This document shows positions 28,899-38,725 of a DNA stretch of 64,000 bases, in pieces. The notes under the pieces are model-generated. The model saw nothing but the letters and a program-made list of their open reading frames with translations. It had not been told where the DNA came from and searched no databases. Position numbers and translations under genes: made by a program. Source of the DNA: Minisyncoccia bacterium. Its GTDB lineage: Bacteria; Patescibacteriota; Minisyncoccia; Phycocordibacterales; DATDWN01. The stretch spans positions 101,184 to 165,183 of the forward strand of contig JBAQUS010000011.1 of assembly GCA_049297675.1 (NCBI GenBank), read 5' to 3'. The stretch's first letter is position 1. The number at the start of each line of letters is the position of its first letter.

Positions 28899-29558
28899 AT
28901 GACTCATCAAGTTCACCCATATTCACATAGGCTAGGCATAATCAGGGATTGGAAATCTCGATGGTTTGGGGTAAAAAATAAATATAAGGAATTTCTTAAA
29001 AGTGATGTACTTCTTCGAAGCCATCTTGAGAAAAAAATGAGAGGTATGTATGTTTCTAATATCGAGATGGAAAGAGGTGAGAAAGTATTGAGGATAATAA
29101 TTGAGACATCAAGACCTGGAATGATTATTGGTAGAAGCGGAGACGGGGCTGTAAAACTCAAAAACGATATCGTATCTTTCCTAAATAAAAACAAACTTTC
29201 TTCAGGGGGTGAGGTAAAAGTAGATATTAAGGAGATTAAATCCCCTGAGTCTAATTCGACTATAGTTGCACAGATGATTGCTGATGGGCTGGAGAAAAGA
29301 TTACCCTTCAGACGAGTTGCTAAGCAAATGATAGAAAAAGTTGTAGCAAACAGAGACGTGCAAGGCGTAAAAATAGAGCTTTCTGGCAGGCTGGCTGGAG
29401 CAACAATGGCAAGAAAGGAGAAACTAAAGAAAGGAAGAATTCCTCTTCAGACTTTTCGAGCCGATGTTGATTTTGCTAGATACGAAGCTAGATTACCGTA
29501 CGGTGGCATTGGTATAAAGGTCTGGATTTATAAGGGAGAAATATTTGCCAAGAAATAA
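28899..29558 (+). CDS. rpsC: 30S ribosomal protein S3
   Basis: KH-domain region RPGMIIGRSGDGAVKLKNDI and full-length S3 similarity. Confidence 0.9.
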   Translation: MTHQVHPYSHRLGIIRDWKSRWFGVKNKYKEFLKSDVLLRSHLEKKMRGMYVSNIEMERGEKVLRIIIETSRPGMIIGRSGDGAVKLKNDIVSFLNKNKLSSGGEVKVDIKEIKSPESNSTIVAQMIADGLEKRLPFRRVAKQMIEKVVANRDVQGVKIELSGRLAGATMARKEKLKKGRIPLQTFRADVDFARYEARLPYGGIGIKVWIYKGEIFAKK

Positions 29559-29631
29559 ACATGACACCAATACACGAATGAAAACGAATGACACGAATAA
29601 AAGAATAGTTAGAGGTAATTAAAAATCTGCT

Positions 29632-30054
29632 ATGTTATTCCCAAAAAAAGTAAAATATAGAAAGTGGCATACATTTAGAAAGAACCCAGAAAAAGTTGGG
29701 GTTGCTTCTCGTGGAATAACAGTAGCTTTTGGATCTCATGGTCTAAAAGCTATGGAGGGAGCCAGAATAATGTCGAACCAGATTGAGTCTGCAAGAAAAG
29801 TTCTATCTCGAGAGATAGGAAAGACTGGAAAAATGTGGATCAGAATTTTTCCAGACATGCCACTTACAAAAAAGCCAGCCGAAGTAAAGCTCGGAAAAGG
29901 CAAAGGGGACTTATTCGGATATTGTGCTCCAGTCAAACCAGGAAGGGTTCTCTTTGAAGTTGATGGGGTGACTGAGTCAGTGGCCAAAGAGGCATTGAGA
30001 AAAGCTGGGACAAAATTACCACTTAAAACAAAGATAGTGGCGGCAATACATTAA
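29632..30054 (+). CDS. rplP: 50S ribosomal protein L16
   Basis: MLFPKKVKYRKWHTFRK ... RMGKGKG-type motif KLGKGKGD. Confidence 0.9.
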   Translation: MLFPKKVKYRKWHTFRKNPEKVGVASRGITVAFGSHGLKAMEGARIMSNQIESARKVLSREIGKTGKMWIRIFPDMPLTKKPAEVKLGKGKGDLFGYCAPVKPGRVLFEVDGVTESVAKEALRKAGTKLPLKTKIVAAIH

Positions 30055-30161
30055 AAGCGATGCAAATATACGAAAACATACGAATGATACGAAATATAAG
30101 AGAACATTTGCACCCATTCGTTCTATTAGTATAATTCGTTGATTCGTATCGATATCATAAT
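30055..30161 (+). repeat. palindromic ACGAAT-triplet intergenic element (rplP-rpmC spacer)
   Basis: aagcgatgcaaatatacgaaaacatacgaatgatacgaaat ... cattcgttctattagtataattcgttgattcgtatcgat. Confidence 0.7.
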
Positions 30162-30350
30162 ATGATAAAAGATTTGATAAAAAAAACAGAAAAGGAACTC
30201 AGAATACTTCTTACAGAAAAGAGGTTGGCATTGAGAAACTTTAGATTTTCTATTGCCGGAAGTAATGTTAGAAATGTAAAGGAGGGCTTAGTCTTGAAAA
30301 AAGATATAGCTAGAATTCTGACAATCTTGAATAAGAAGGAAAATAAATAA
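30162..30350 (+). CDS. rpmC: 50S ribosomal protein L29
   Basis: [29 protein letters not shown]; conserved position between rplP and rpsQ. Confidence 0.8.
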   Translation: MIKDLIKKTEKELRILLTEKRLALRNFRFSIAGSNVRNVKEGLVLKKDIARILTILNKKENK

Positions 30351-30358
30351 AAATAAAA

Positions 30359-30622
30359 ATGGAAACCAAAAGCCTAAAAATGGAAGTTTCAAAAAAGAAG
30401 ATCTTGACCGGGATTGTAATTTCAGACAAGATGAAAGAAACTGTTGTAGTAGAGGTGGTAAGGTTTGTTAAACACCCCAAATATGGCAAGTATTATAAGG
30501 TCAACAAGAAGTACAAAGCTCACGATGCTGGGAATACTAAGAAGATAGGGGATAGGGTTCTGATACAGGAATGCAGACCGATATCGAAAGATAAACATTT
30601 CGTCGTAATTCAAGGAGCGTAG
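30359..30622 (+). CDS. rpsQ: 30S ribosomal protein S17
   Basis: [41 protein letters not shown]. Confidence 0.85.
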   Translation: METKSLKMEVSKKKILTGIVISDKMKETVVVEVVRFVKHPKYGKYYKVNKKYKAHDAGNTKKIGDRVLIQECRPISKDKHFVVIQGA

Positions 30623-30639
30623 TGACTATGAATTACACG

Positions 30640-30790
30640 ACCCAGCCCTAATTTTACGAAACAATTATGAATAAAATATTAAAAAACCACATATCTGGCA
30701 TTGAAAATAATTTCTTGTCTTGCAGACAAGAAATTGGAATGATACCTTTAGTAAAATTAGGGCTGGGTGGTGATTTTTATAATCGCTTCG
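30640..30790. repeat. roughly 150-bp element bounded by a perfect 17-bp inverted repeat (ACCCAGCCCTAATTTTA / TAAAATTAGGGCTGGGT) with an inner palindrome ttcttgtcttgcagacaagaa; rpsQ-rplN spacer
   Basis: read directly from the sequence; the minus-strand 70-aa ORF inside is probably spurious. Confidence 0.5.
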
Positions 30791-30809
30791 CTCGTTAAAA
30801 ATCAACCAA

Positions 30810-31181
30810 ATGATACAACCAAGATCAATAGTAAAAATAGCTGATAACTCTGGAGCAACTTTGGGCAGAATTTTCAAAGTACTCGGAAGTTCAAAAAAGA
30901 GATATGCCAGTATAGGTGAGAAAGTTGTGTTATCAATCCAGAAGGCTCAGCCAAGAAAGACAACAAAAAAGAAGGATGTTGTTTATGGGCTAGTTGTCAG
31001 ACAAAAGGCTCCGTTTAGAAGAAAGGACGGTTCATATATAAGGTTTGATGAAAATGCAGTGGTTATAGTTATGAAAGACAAACTTGAACCAGTTGCCGGT
31101 CGTGTTTTCGGTCCTATACCTAGGGAAATCGGTGAAGTAGGATATCAAAAGATTATTTCTTTAGCACCAGAAGTGGTTTAA
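30810..31181 (+). CDS. rplN: 50S ribosomal protein L14
   Basis: MIQPRSIVKIADNSGA ... full-length L14. Confidence 0.9.
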   Translation: MIQPRSIVKIADNSGATLGRIFKVLGSSKKRYASIGEKVVLSIQKAQPRKTTKKKDVVYGLVVRQKAPFRRKDGSYIRFDENAVVIVMKDKLEPVAGRVFGPIPREIGEVGYQKIISLAPEVV

Positions 31182-31288
31182 TGCGATGCAAATATACGAA
31201 TACATGCGAATTATACGAATAAAAAAAAGTGTGTGTTGCGTTTATTCGTTTCATTCGTATAATTCGTAGATTAGTATCGAAAACATTT
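31182..31288 (+). repeat. palindromic ACGAAT-triplet intergenic element (rplN-rplX spacer)
   Basis: tgcgatgcaaatatacgaatacatgcgaattatacgaat ... cgtttattcgtttcattcgtataattcgtagattagtatcga. Confidence 0.7.
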
Positions 31289-31507
31289 ATGTTTATAAAA
31301 AAAGACGACAAAGTAATAGTTTTGACTGGTAAGGATAAAGGAAAGTCTGGTACTGTGACAAAGGCTATGCCAAAAACTGGCAAAGTTATAGTATCAGGTA
31401 TAAATATTTCAAAGGTTCACCAAAAGCCAAGAAAAAGCGGTGAAAAGGGTCAAATAATAGACAAAGTCATGCCGATTGATGTATCCAACCTAAAGAAAGC
31501 AAAATAA
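31289..31507 (+). CDS. rplX: 50S ribosomal protein L24
   Basis: MFIKKDDKVIVLTGKDKGKSGTVTKAMPKTGKVIVSGINISKVHQKP (KOW motif); the ORF-track start at 31229 lies inside the repeat element. Confidence 0.85.
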   Translation: MFIKKDDKVIVLTGKDKGKSGTVTKAMPKTGKVIVSGINISKVHQKPRKSGEKGQIIDKVMPIDVSNLKKAK

Positions 31508-31618
31508 AAAAGCGATACAAATATACGAATGACATGCGAATTATACGAATTAATACCAAACATATCTTGCATTCATTCGTTTCATTCGTATAATTCGTAG
31601 ATTAGTATCGATATAAAC
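31508..31618 (+). repeat. palindromic ACGAAT-triplet intergenic element (rplX-rplE spacer)
   Basis: agcgatacaaatatacgaatgacatgcgaattatacgaat ... cattcgtttcattcgtataattcgtagattagtatcga. Confidence 0.7.
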
Positions 31619-32209
31619 ATGAAAACAATTAAAGAAAAAGTAAAAGAATCGTTTGAGATGCTGAAGACTGAATTCGGTTATAAAAACGCTATGCAAGCAC
31701 CAAAAATTCAAAAAGTTATTGTGTCTTCTGGCGTGGGATCAATAAAGGACAAGAAAAAGATAGATCTAGTTGAAGATAGATTGTCCAAAATTACTGGACA
31801 AAAACCTGCGAGAAAGGGAGCAAAAATCTCAATAGCTTCTTTCAAAGTTAGACAGGGAGATATTGTTGGTATGCAGATAACACTTCGGGGAGCCAGAATG
31901 TATGATTTTCTTGATAGACTTATAAATCTAGCTCTTCCTAGAACAAAGGATTTTAGAGGTATATCAAGTAACGGCATAGACGGAATGGGTAACTATTCTT
32001 TTGGTATAAAAGAAAACACCATTTTTCCAGAATGTAGCGATGAAGAACTAAAAGATGTTTTTGGCATGGCAGTAACTGTTGTAACAAATGTAAAAAATCC
32101 AAAGGAAACAAAAGCTTTTCTGACCCATCTAGGTTTTCCATTCAAAAAGGTTGAAACAAAAGAGATAAAGGAGAAACCGAAGCGAGAGAAGAAACCAAAA
32201 GCAGAGTAA
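31619..32209 (+). CDS. rplE: 50S ribosomal protein L5
   Basis: full-length L5 similarity (APKIQKVIVSSGVG ... ITLRGARMYDFLDRLINLALPR). Confidence 0.9.
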   Translation: MKTIKEKVKESFEMLKTEFGYKNAMQAPKIQKVIVSSGVGSIKDKKKIDLVEDRLSKITGQKPARKGAKISIASFKVRQGDIVGMQITLRGARMYDFLDRLINLALPRTKDFRGISSNGIDGMGNYSFGIKENTIFPECSDEELKDVFGMAVTVVTNVKNPKETKAFLTHLGFPFKKVETKEIKEKPKREKKPKAE

Positions 32210-32350
32210 AAAGTGTGACCAATTTCGCAAAGCTGAAACCAGAAAGCCTGAAAGTAAAAATAGCCTAAAATAAGGCTATTTTTCGAATAGAGTTGACTTT
32301 TGTGAAATCTGAACACATAATCAAGAGAGATTTGGCGTAACATTCCAGTT

Positions 32351-32785
32351 ATGTCAAAAGTGGTAGGAGGGTCCATGACCAATAAGAACCAGCGATACAA
32401 CCAACTCAAAAGTATTCTGGAGTCGAGGAGGGAGGAACTCCGAGAAGAGCTCAGGGGTGACATCGGTACCATCCAGTCGTCAGGGAATCAGACCGGCGGG
32501 GATCCTGTCGATCGCGGTGTAGCCGCGAACCAGGATGATCTAGAATTCGCTTTGATCCAGATGAAGTCTGAAACACTCAGTCGCATTGTGGGTGCACTCG
32601 TCCGTCTCGAACATGGCAAGTACGGCATCTGTTTAGATTGTGACGAAGAAATCGCCGAGAAGCGCTTGCGTGCGTTGCCGTTCGCAGATCGATGTACTGA
32701 CTGCGAGGGTGTCAAGGAGAATGAGGAGACCTTGAAACGTCGTCCATTTCAGGGTCAGCATGTCGGCCCACTTTTCGACCTCTAG
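32351..32785 (+). CDS. DksA/TraR-family C4 zinc-finger protein, GC-rich insertion between rplE and rpsZ
   Basis: C-terminal CLDCDEEIAEKRLRALPFADRCTDCEG is a C4 finger preceded by a coiled-coil region; GC content is far above the flanking ribosomal genes. Confidence 0.55.
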   Translation: MSKVVGGSMTNKNQRYNQLKSILESRREELREELRGDIGTIQSSGNQTGGDPVDRGVAANQDDLEFALIQMKSETLSRIVGALVRLEHGKYGICLDCDEEIAEKRLRALPFADRCTDCEGVKENEETLKRRPFQGQHVGPLFDL

Positions 32786-33020
32786 TTCCTTCTTCGTAGC
32801 CTGGCTCTTTCGGGAGCCAGGCATCGTCGTATACACGCGTTGACTTTGCTTGGACATTTTGATACTCTTAAGCCCAAGCGAATCTTCGCTTTTTTAATTA
32901 GTATTTTTAGAACTTTCACAATTTGGATGAAATCCGAGGCAGACGAGAAAAATGCGAGGAGCCTTATCGAGTATAAGGTGACGAGCATTTTTTGAAGTCT
33001 AACGAAGGAGTTCGCCAAAT

Positions 33021-33221
33021 TTGAAAGTTATAACCATGGCAAAGACATCAGTACTGGCACGAGCCGCAAAAAAGCCAAAGTTTTCTACACGGGCAACAAA
33101 CCGATGTTTTAAGTGTGGACGTGGAAGAGCATTTATGAGAGACTTTGGTCTCTGCAGGATATGCTTCCGCGAGCTTGCCAATGAAGGGAAGATACCAGGT
33201 GTGAAAAAGTCGTCTTGGTAA
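33021..33221 (+). CDS. rpsZ: 30S ribosomal protein S14, type Z (zinc-ribbon form)
   Basis: 61-aa protein with [23 protein letters not shown]. Confidence 0.85.
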   Translation: MKVITMAKTSVLARAAKKPKFSTRATNRCFKCGRGRAFMRDFGLCRICFRELANEGKIPGVKKSSW

Positions 33222-33350
33222 GTCGAGGCTCACTAGAGCATAGATACTACTGAGATATTATAATATAAGTTGAAAGTTCATAAAGTAAATCCAAAATTCA
33301 CTTTACAAACTTTACAAACTTTAAGAACTTTATAACTTTAAAACTGATTT

Positions 33351-33740
33351 ATGGATCCAATTGCAGACATGATAATAAGAATAAAGAATGCTTCCGATTC
33401 AAAAAAAGAGTCTGTGGCCTTTCCTCACTCAAATATCAAGTTGGCTATTTTAGACGTCTTACTTAAAAATGGTTTTGTTAAGTCTTTTGGTAAGAAAGGG
33501 AAAAAGATAGTGAAGTTTATAGAAGTCGACTTGCAGTATTATCCTGACGGATCTCCGTTTGTTCATGGAGTAGAAAGAATTTCTAAAAATTCAAAGAGAA
33601 TATATTACAAATTTGGGGAAATAAGGAGTGTTAAAAACGGTTTCGGTTCCATGATTCTTTCTACCCCAAAAGGAATTATGACAGATAAAACGGCAAAAGA
33701 GGCAAAGGTCGGAGGAGAGGCCCTCTTCAAAATCTGGTAA
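33351..33740 (+). CDS. rpsH: 30S ribosomal protein S8
   Basis: DPIADMIIRIKNA ... full-length S8. Confidence 0.9.
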   Translation: MDPIADMIIRIKNASDSKKESVAFPHSNIKLAILDVLLKNGFVKSFGKKGKKIVKFIEVDLQYYPDGSPFVHGVERISKNSKRIYYKFGEIRSVKNGFGSMILSTPKGIMTDKTAKEAKVGGEALFKIW

Positions 33741-33772
33741 CCCACGAATGAATACCCGCGAATCTTAACGAA

Positions 33773-34315
33773 TTGAATACAATGTCACGAATAGGAAAAA
33801 AAATAATAATAATTCCAGAGAAGACAGAAGTAACTATTTCTGGTGGCGTAGTTTCTGTAAAGGGACCCCTCGGAACAATTTCTAAATCATTTAAAAGTAA
33901 TATAGAAATTGTGATTCAAGGTAAAGAAATAAAACTAAGTCCGAAAACCGAATCCCTAGAGAATAAGGCTTTGTGGGGGACATACGGATCTCACCTAAAC
34001 AATATGATTGCTGGGGTTAACACTCTATACATTAAGAAGCTAATATTAGAAGGAATAGGTTATAAGTCTGAAGTAAAGAGCAACAATCTAGTATTGGCAC
34101 TTGGTTTCTCACATCCTGTCATCGTTTCAATACCTGAGGGTATTAAAGTTACGGCAGAAAAAAATGTTATCTCTGTAACAGGCATAGACAAAGAGCTTGT
34201 GGGCGAGTTTACAGCATCTGTTAGAAGTTTAAAGAAGCCTGAGCCATATAAAGGTAAGGGTATGAGGTATGAGGGCGAAGTAATAAAGAGAAAACAAGGT
34301 AAGAAAACAGCCTAA
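33773..34315 (+). CDS. rplF: 50S ribosomal protein L6
   Basis: SRIGKKIIIIPEKTEVTISGGVVSVKGPLG ... full-length L6. Confidence 0.9.
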   Translation: MNTMSRIGKKIIIIPEKTEVTISGGVVSVKGPLGTISKSFKSNIEIVIQGKEIKLSPKTESLENKALWGTYGSHLNNMIAGVNTLYIKKLILEGIGYKSEVKSNNLVLALGFSHPVIVSIPEGIKVTAEKNVISVTGIDKELVGEFTASVRSLKKPEPYKGKGMRYEGEVIKRKQGKKTA

Positions 34316-34369
34316 AACAATCTTTTGGATTGGTCGGCCGACTCCGAAGGGGTTTAGGCACAAAATACA

Positions 34370-34720
34370 ATGAAAAGTCAAAATATTAAAAAAGAAAAAA
34401 GAGTGAGAAGACACAAAAGGATAAGAGCCAAGGTTTTTGGAACTACCGACAAGCCCAGACTCTCTGTTTTTAAATCAAACAAGCATATTTCTGCCCAGAT
34501 AATAGATGACTCAACTGGAAAAACTCTTGTCTCAGCGCATTCAAGAGAGTTTTCGGGGAAAAAGATGGTAGAAAAATCAAAAATGGTTGGAGAAAGTATA
34601 GCCACAAAAGCCGTTTCAAAAAAGATAGATAAAGTAGTTTTTGATAGAGGAGGATTTATTTATACAGGTAATATAAAAGCTCTAGCTGATGGAGCTAGAA
34701 GTAGTGGGCTTAAATTTTAG
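34370..34720 (+). CDS. rplR: 50S ribosomal protein L18
   Basis: [44 protein letters not shown]. Confidence 0.85.
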   Translation: MKSQNIKKEKRVRRHKRIRAKVFGTTDKPRLSVFKSNKHISAQIIDDSTGKTLVSAHSREFSGKKMVEKSKMVGESIATKAVSKKIDKVVFDRGGFIYTGNIKALADGARSSGLKF

Positions 34721-34730
34721 AACAACAACC

Positions 34731-35336
34731 ATGGAACCAGAAAAAATAAATGAAGAAATAAAAGTCAATGAGGTGGCTCAGGAGGTTACCCTTCCCCCAG
34801 ATGTTTCTCCTGTGCAAAGCAGGGTTCCAAGGGAGTTTAAGAAGAATCAGAGAAAGTCAGGGCCAAGACGTGAAGCTCGTATTAAACCTGAGTTTGATCA
34901 GAAGATTATTAGCATAAGAAGGGTGACTCGAGTTGTTACTGGGGGGAGAAGGTTCACTTTTTCTGTGGCAGTAGTTATAGGTGATGGAAAAGGAAAGGTT
35001 GGTGTTGGTTTGGGTAAGGCTGGAGATACTCCTCTAGCAATAGACAAGGCTGTTAGAGATGCTAAAAAAAACATGATAAAAGTAGCAACTACAAAATCTG
35101 GGAGTATTCAGCATGAAGTGTCAGCAAAGTATGGATCATCAAGAGTACATATAATGAGAGCTCCAGGCAAGGGAGTTTTGGCTGGATCATCAGTCAGGAC
35201 AGTCTTAGAGTTTGCTGGTCTTAAGGAGGTTTCGGCAAAGATTTTCTCGAGAAGCAAGAATAAAATAAACAATGCTAAAGTGGCCATAAAAGCACTAAGT
35301 CAACTAATCAGTAGACAAGCAGATCAAAATAACTAA
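34731..35336 (+). CDS. rpsE: 30S ribosomal protein S5 (start taken at the internal Met; the ORF track begins at 34689 overlapping rplR)
   Basis: ISIRRVTRVVTGGRRFTFSVAVVIGDGKGKVGVGLGKA. Confidence 0.85.
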   Translation: MEPEKINEEIKVNEVAQEVTLPPDVSPVQSRVPREFKKNQRKSGPRREARIKPEFDQKIISIRRVTRVVTGGRRFTFSVAVVIGDGKGKVGVGLGKAGDTPLAIDKAVRDAKKNMIKVATTKSGSIQHEVSAKYGSSRVHIMRAPGKGVLAGSSVRTVLEFAGLKEVSAKIFSRSKNKINNAKVAIKALSQLISRQADQNN

Positions 35337-35342
35337 AGTATT

Positions 35343-35786
35343 ATGCAAAAGCACAACTTAAAAAGAAATCATCCGAATAAGTCCAAAAGAATGGTTGGTC
35401 GTGGTGGCAAGCATGCCAAAACGTCAGGACGTGGAACTAAGGGACAAAACGCTCGTGCTGGTCATAAGAAAAGACCAGAAATAAGAGATTTTATAAAAAG
35501 AATACCAAAACTTCGTGGTAGGGGAAAAAATATAAACACAAGTATTCAGTCAAAGTATTCAGTCATTAGTCTAGGTCTCTTAAATGAGCTTTGTAAAGAT
35601 GGAGATATCATTTCACCTGCGACTTTGGTTAAGCACGGTCTTTTAAAGAAATCGGAGGGAACACTTCCTAGAGTCAAAATACTTGGAGGTGGTGACATAA
35701 AAAAGAAGCTTAATTTTGTTAGTTGCCAAGTTTCTCAATCCACAAGATTAGCAATTGAGAAAGCAGGTGGAAGTATAAAATATTAA
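35343..35786 (+). CDS. rplO: 50S ribosomal protein L15 (directly follows rpsE; no rpmD/L30 gene present)
   Basis: GRGGKHAKTSGRGTKGQNARAG ... full-length L15. Confidence 0.85.
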   Translation: MQKHNLKRNHPNKSKRMVGRGGKHAKTSGRGTKGQNARAGHKKRPEIRDFIKRIPKLRGRGKNINTSIQSKYSVISLGLLNELCKDGDIISPATLVKHGLLKKSEGTLPRVKILGGGDIKKKLNFVSCQVSQSTRLAIEKAGGSIKY

Positions 35787-35793
35787 AAAAGGT

Positions 35794-37065
35794 ATGTCAG
35801 AATTTTTTAAAAAATTTGGTTTAGTTTTTCAGGATAGCAGTCTGAGAAAGAAAATATTCTTCACTTTGATTATTCTTGTTGTTTTCAGGGTTTTGGCAAC
35901 AATACCTGTTCCAGGAATAGATCAGAGTAGATTAGCCCAGTTTTTGTCTGGTAATGAGTTGTTCGGTTTACTAAACATCTTTTCTGGTGGAGGACTTTCC
36001 CAGCTTTCCATAGTCATGCTAGGTGTAGGCCCATATATAACTGGGTCAATCATAATGCAACTTTCTACAATCATCTTTCCTAAGCTTAAGGAAATGTATC
36101 AAGAGGAGGGTGAAGCTGGAAGGAGAAAATTTACACAATACGGCAGGATAATAACTGTTCCTCTAGCTCTACTCCAGTCATTTAGTTTTATTAAGATTTT
36201 GGAGAGTCAACAAGTTATATCACATTTACCTTTATTCCCACTTGTCACCAATCTTCTAGTTATTACAGCAGGCTCTATGCTTCTTATGTGGATTGGTGAA
36301 CTCATCTCTGAATACGGTATAGGAAATGGTGTTTCCCTCATAATTTTTGCTGGAATAGTAGCAACTTTACCTACTGAACTTGCCCAACTAATATTTACCT
36401 TTGATCCTTCACAGATTCCAGTTTATTTGGCTTTCATAGTGGTTGCTGCCATAGTTATTTATGCAGTTGTGGTTATTACTGAAGCTGAAAGACCAATACC
36501 AATAACTTATGCTAAACAAGTCAGGGGCAACAGGATTTACGGTGGGACTTCAACATACCTCCCACTTCGTATAAATCAAGCGGGGGTTATTCCTATAATT
36601 TTTGCCTTGTCTATCCTCCTATTTCCTCAAATGATTTTAAATTACTTACAAAACTCTAGTCAGGAAATCTTGAAGACGGTTTCAAGCACACTTTTGACTA
36701 TTCTAAATAACAGTTGGTTCTACGCTATAGCATACTTTTTGCTTGTTTTTGTATTTACCTATTTCTACACAGCGGTTACTTTTGATCCTGATCAAATCTC
36801 AACAAACTTACAAAAAAATGGAGCATTTATTCCAGGTGTTCGTCCAGGGAAATCAACCTCAGATCATATTTCTAGAATCCTAACACGATTGACTCTTGTT
36901 GGGGCACTTTTTCTAGGATTTATTGCTATATTACCTCTTATAATAAGTGGAGTAACCGGTATTACTGCTGTTTCTGTTGGGGGAACTGCTCTACTCATTG
37001 TTGTTTCTGTGGTTATTGATCTTATTAAAAAAGTTGAAGCACAAGCATCGATAAGGGAATACTAA
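35794..37065 (+). CDS. secY: preprotein translocase subunit SecY
   Basis: 10-TM protein with RKKIFFTLIILVVFRVLATIPVPGID and conserved spc-operon position. Confidence 0.9.
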   Translation: MSEFFKKFGLVFQDSSLRKKIFFTLIILVVFRVLATIPVPGIDQSRLAQFLSGNELFGLLNIFSGGGLSQLSIVMLGVGPYITGSIIMQLSTIIFPKLKEMYQEEGEAGRRKFTQYGRIITVPLALLQSFSFIKILESQQVISHLPLFPLVTNLLVITAGSMLLMWIGELISEYGIGNGVSLIIFAGIVATLPTELAQLIFTFDPSQIPVYLAFIVVAAIVIYAVVVITEAERPIPITYAKQVRGNRIYGGTSTYLPLRINQAGVIPIIFALSILLFPQMILNYLQNSSQEILKTVSSTLLTILNNSWFYAIAYFLLVFVFTYFYTAVTFDPDQISTNLQKNGAFIPGVRPGKSTSDHISRILTRLTLVGALFLGFIAILPLIISGVTGITAVSVGGTALLIVVSVVIDLIKKVEAQASIREY

Positions 37066-37164
37066 GGGAGTTCATAAAGTTACCAAGTTTCTAAAGTTAT
37101 AAAGTTCACGAATTCAACTTTGTAAACTTTTTACTTTACAAACTTTATAAACTATAATGCTTTC

Positions 37165-37755
37165 ATGCCTCTTCAAACTATAATATTTTTTGGCCCATCT
37201 GGTTCAGGAAAGGGCACACAAGCTAAACTTCTAATTGAAAAGATTAAGGAAAGTGATATGAGAGAAGTTCTCTATGTTGAAACAGGACAGAGGTTTAGAG
37301 ATTTTTCTTCAGAGGCTTCTTTTACCGCCTTAAAAACGAAGGAAATAATGAAAAGTGGTGGACTCTTGCCAGAGTTTTTGCCAATCTGGATTTGGACGGA
37401 GTATTTTATTAGACATATATCTGGAGATGAGCATCTTATTTTGGATGGTCTTTCGAGACGAGTACATGAAGCGCCTATACTGGACTCAGCAATGAAATTT
37501 TACGGAAGAGAAAATCCATCAGTCGTTTCCTTAGAGGTTAGCAGGGCTTGGGCAAAAGATAGGATGATCAATCGTGGTAGAGTAGATGATAATATTAAAG
37601 ATATAGAAAAAAGAATAGACTGGTATTTCGAAAATGTTTTACCTGCAATGGAATTTTTCAAAAATAACTCATACTATAATTTTATTTCCATAAACGGAGA
37701 ACAAAGCATTGAAAATGTTCACAAAGAAATAACCTCTGCTCTCGATCTAAAATAA
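37165..37755 (+). CDS. adk: adenylate kinase
   Basis: IIFFGPSGSGKGTQA P-loop; conserved position after secY. Confidence 0.8.
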   Translation: MPLQTIIFFGPSGSGKGTQAKLLIEKIKESDMREVLYVETGQRFRDFSSEASFTALKTKEIMKSGGLLPEFLPIWIWTEYFIRHISGDEHLILDGLSRRVHEAPILDSAMKFYGRENPSVVSLEVSRAWAKDRMINRGRVDDNIKDIEKRIDWYFENVLPAMEFFKNNSYYNFISINGEQSIENVHKEITSALDLK

Positions 37756-38525
37756 TGCCAATAAAAATAAAAACAAAAGAAGAAATTGAGATTTTAAGAG
37801 AAGGTGGCAGAAGACACTCTTTTATACTTTCAGAAGTTGCAAAGAAAGTTAAACCTGGAGTTTCTACACAGCATTTGGAAGACTATGTGAGGGACTTGAT
37901 AAAAGAAGGAGGTGATACACCTGCGTTTTTAAACTACACACCAAAAGGCGCAAAAAGACCTTACCCAGCTTCACTTTGTGTTTCTGTAAATAACGAGATA
38001 GTTCACGGTATTCCAAACGAAAAGCCAACTATATTGCAAGAGGGAGATGTGGTTTCGCTTGATCTCGGGCTTATACATAACGGACTTATCACCGACAGTG
38101 CCATTACAGTCCCTGTAGGCAAGGTAAGTAAAGAGAACAAAAGACTGATTGAAGATTGCAAGGAAGCTTTGTACCTAGGTATAAAGCAGGCCAGAGGCGG
38201 TGGCTTTGTGGGCGATATTAGTGAAGCCATAGGCACTTTTGCCAGAGGTAAGGGCTATGGAATATGCCAGGGCTTAGCAGGACATGGAGTAGGATACAAG
38301 GTTCATGAGGAGCCTTATGTGCCTAACGAGGGTAGAAAGGGTGGAGGTGAGAAACTTCGAGCAGGCATGGTTATTGCCATAGAGCCAATGCTGACCCTAG
38401 GTACAGATAAAATCGTGCTTTCCAAAGACGGCTACACATACAAAACCGCCGATGGCTCAAACTCTGCTCATTTTGAACATACAGTTGCAATCACAGATGG
38501 TGACCCTGTAATTTTGACAAAATAG
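37755..38525 (+). CDS. map: type I methionine aminopeptidase
   Basis: pita-bread fold motifs VHGIPNEK ... DVVSLDLG ... HFEHTVAIT. Confidence 0.9.
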   Translation: MPIKIKTKEEIEILREGGRRHSFILSEVAKKVKPGVSTQHLEDYVRDLIKEGGDTPAFLNYTPKGAKRPYPASLCVSVNNEIVHGIPNEKPTILQEGDVVSLDLGLIHNGLITDSAITVPVGKVSKENKRLIEDCKEALYLGIKQARGGGFVGDISEAIGTFARGKGYGICQGLAGHGVGYKVHEEPYVPNEGRKGGGEKLRAGMVIAIEPMLTLGTDKIVLSKDGYTYKTADGSNSAHFEHTVAITDGDPVILTK

Positions 38526-38664
38526 TTATTCAGATATCTAATACAAAGTATACTTATGTGTAAATTCTAGGGTGAAATGCAACTTTGGAAAAATTCTTCC
38601 AGGTCATATTTTTTTTATGAAAATATTGCTTATTCTAAATAAACATGTGCTTATGCTAAATATT

Positions 38665-38693
38665 TTGACATTCAAAAATCTAAATTATAGTAT
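38665..38693 (+). promoter_or_regulatory. textbook sigma70-like promoter (TTGACA, 17 nt, TAGTAT) upstream of the large surface-protein gene
   Basis: ttgacattcaaaaatctaaattatagtat. Confidence 0.45.
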
Positions 38694-38725
38694 TTTAGAA
38701 ATACTAGAGTTATCAAAATATAATT

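Noticed and set aside
30665-30877. 70-aa minus-strand ORF between rpsQ and rplN
   Set aside because: Lies within the TIR-bounded element and overlaps the rplN start. It more likely reflects an open frame in the non-coding element.
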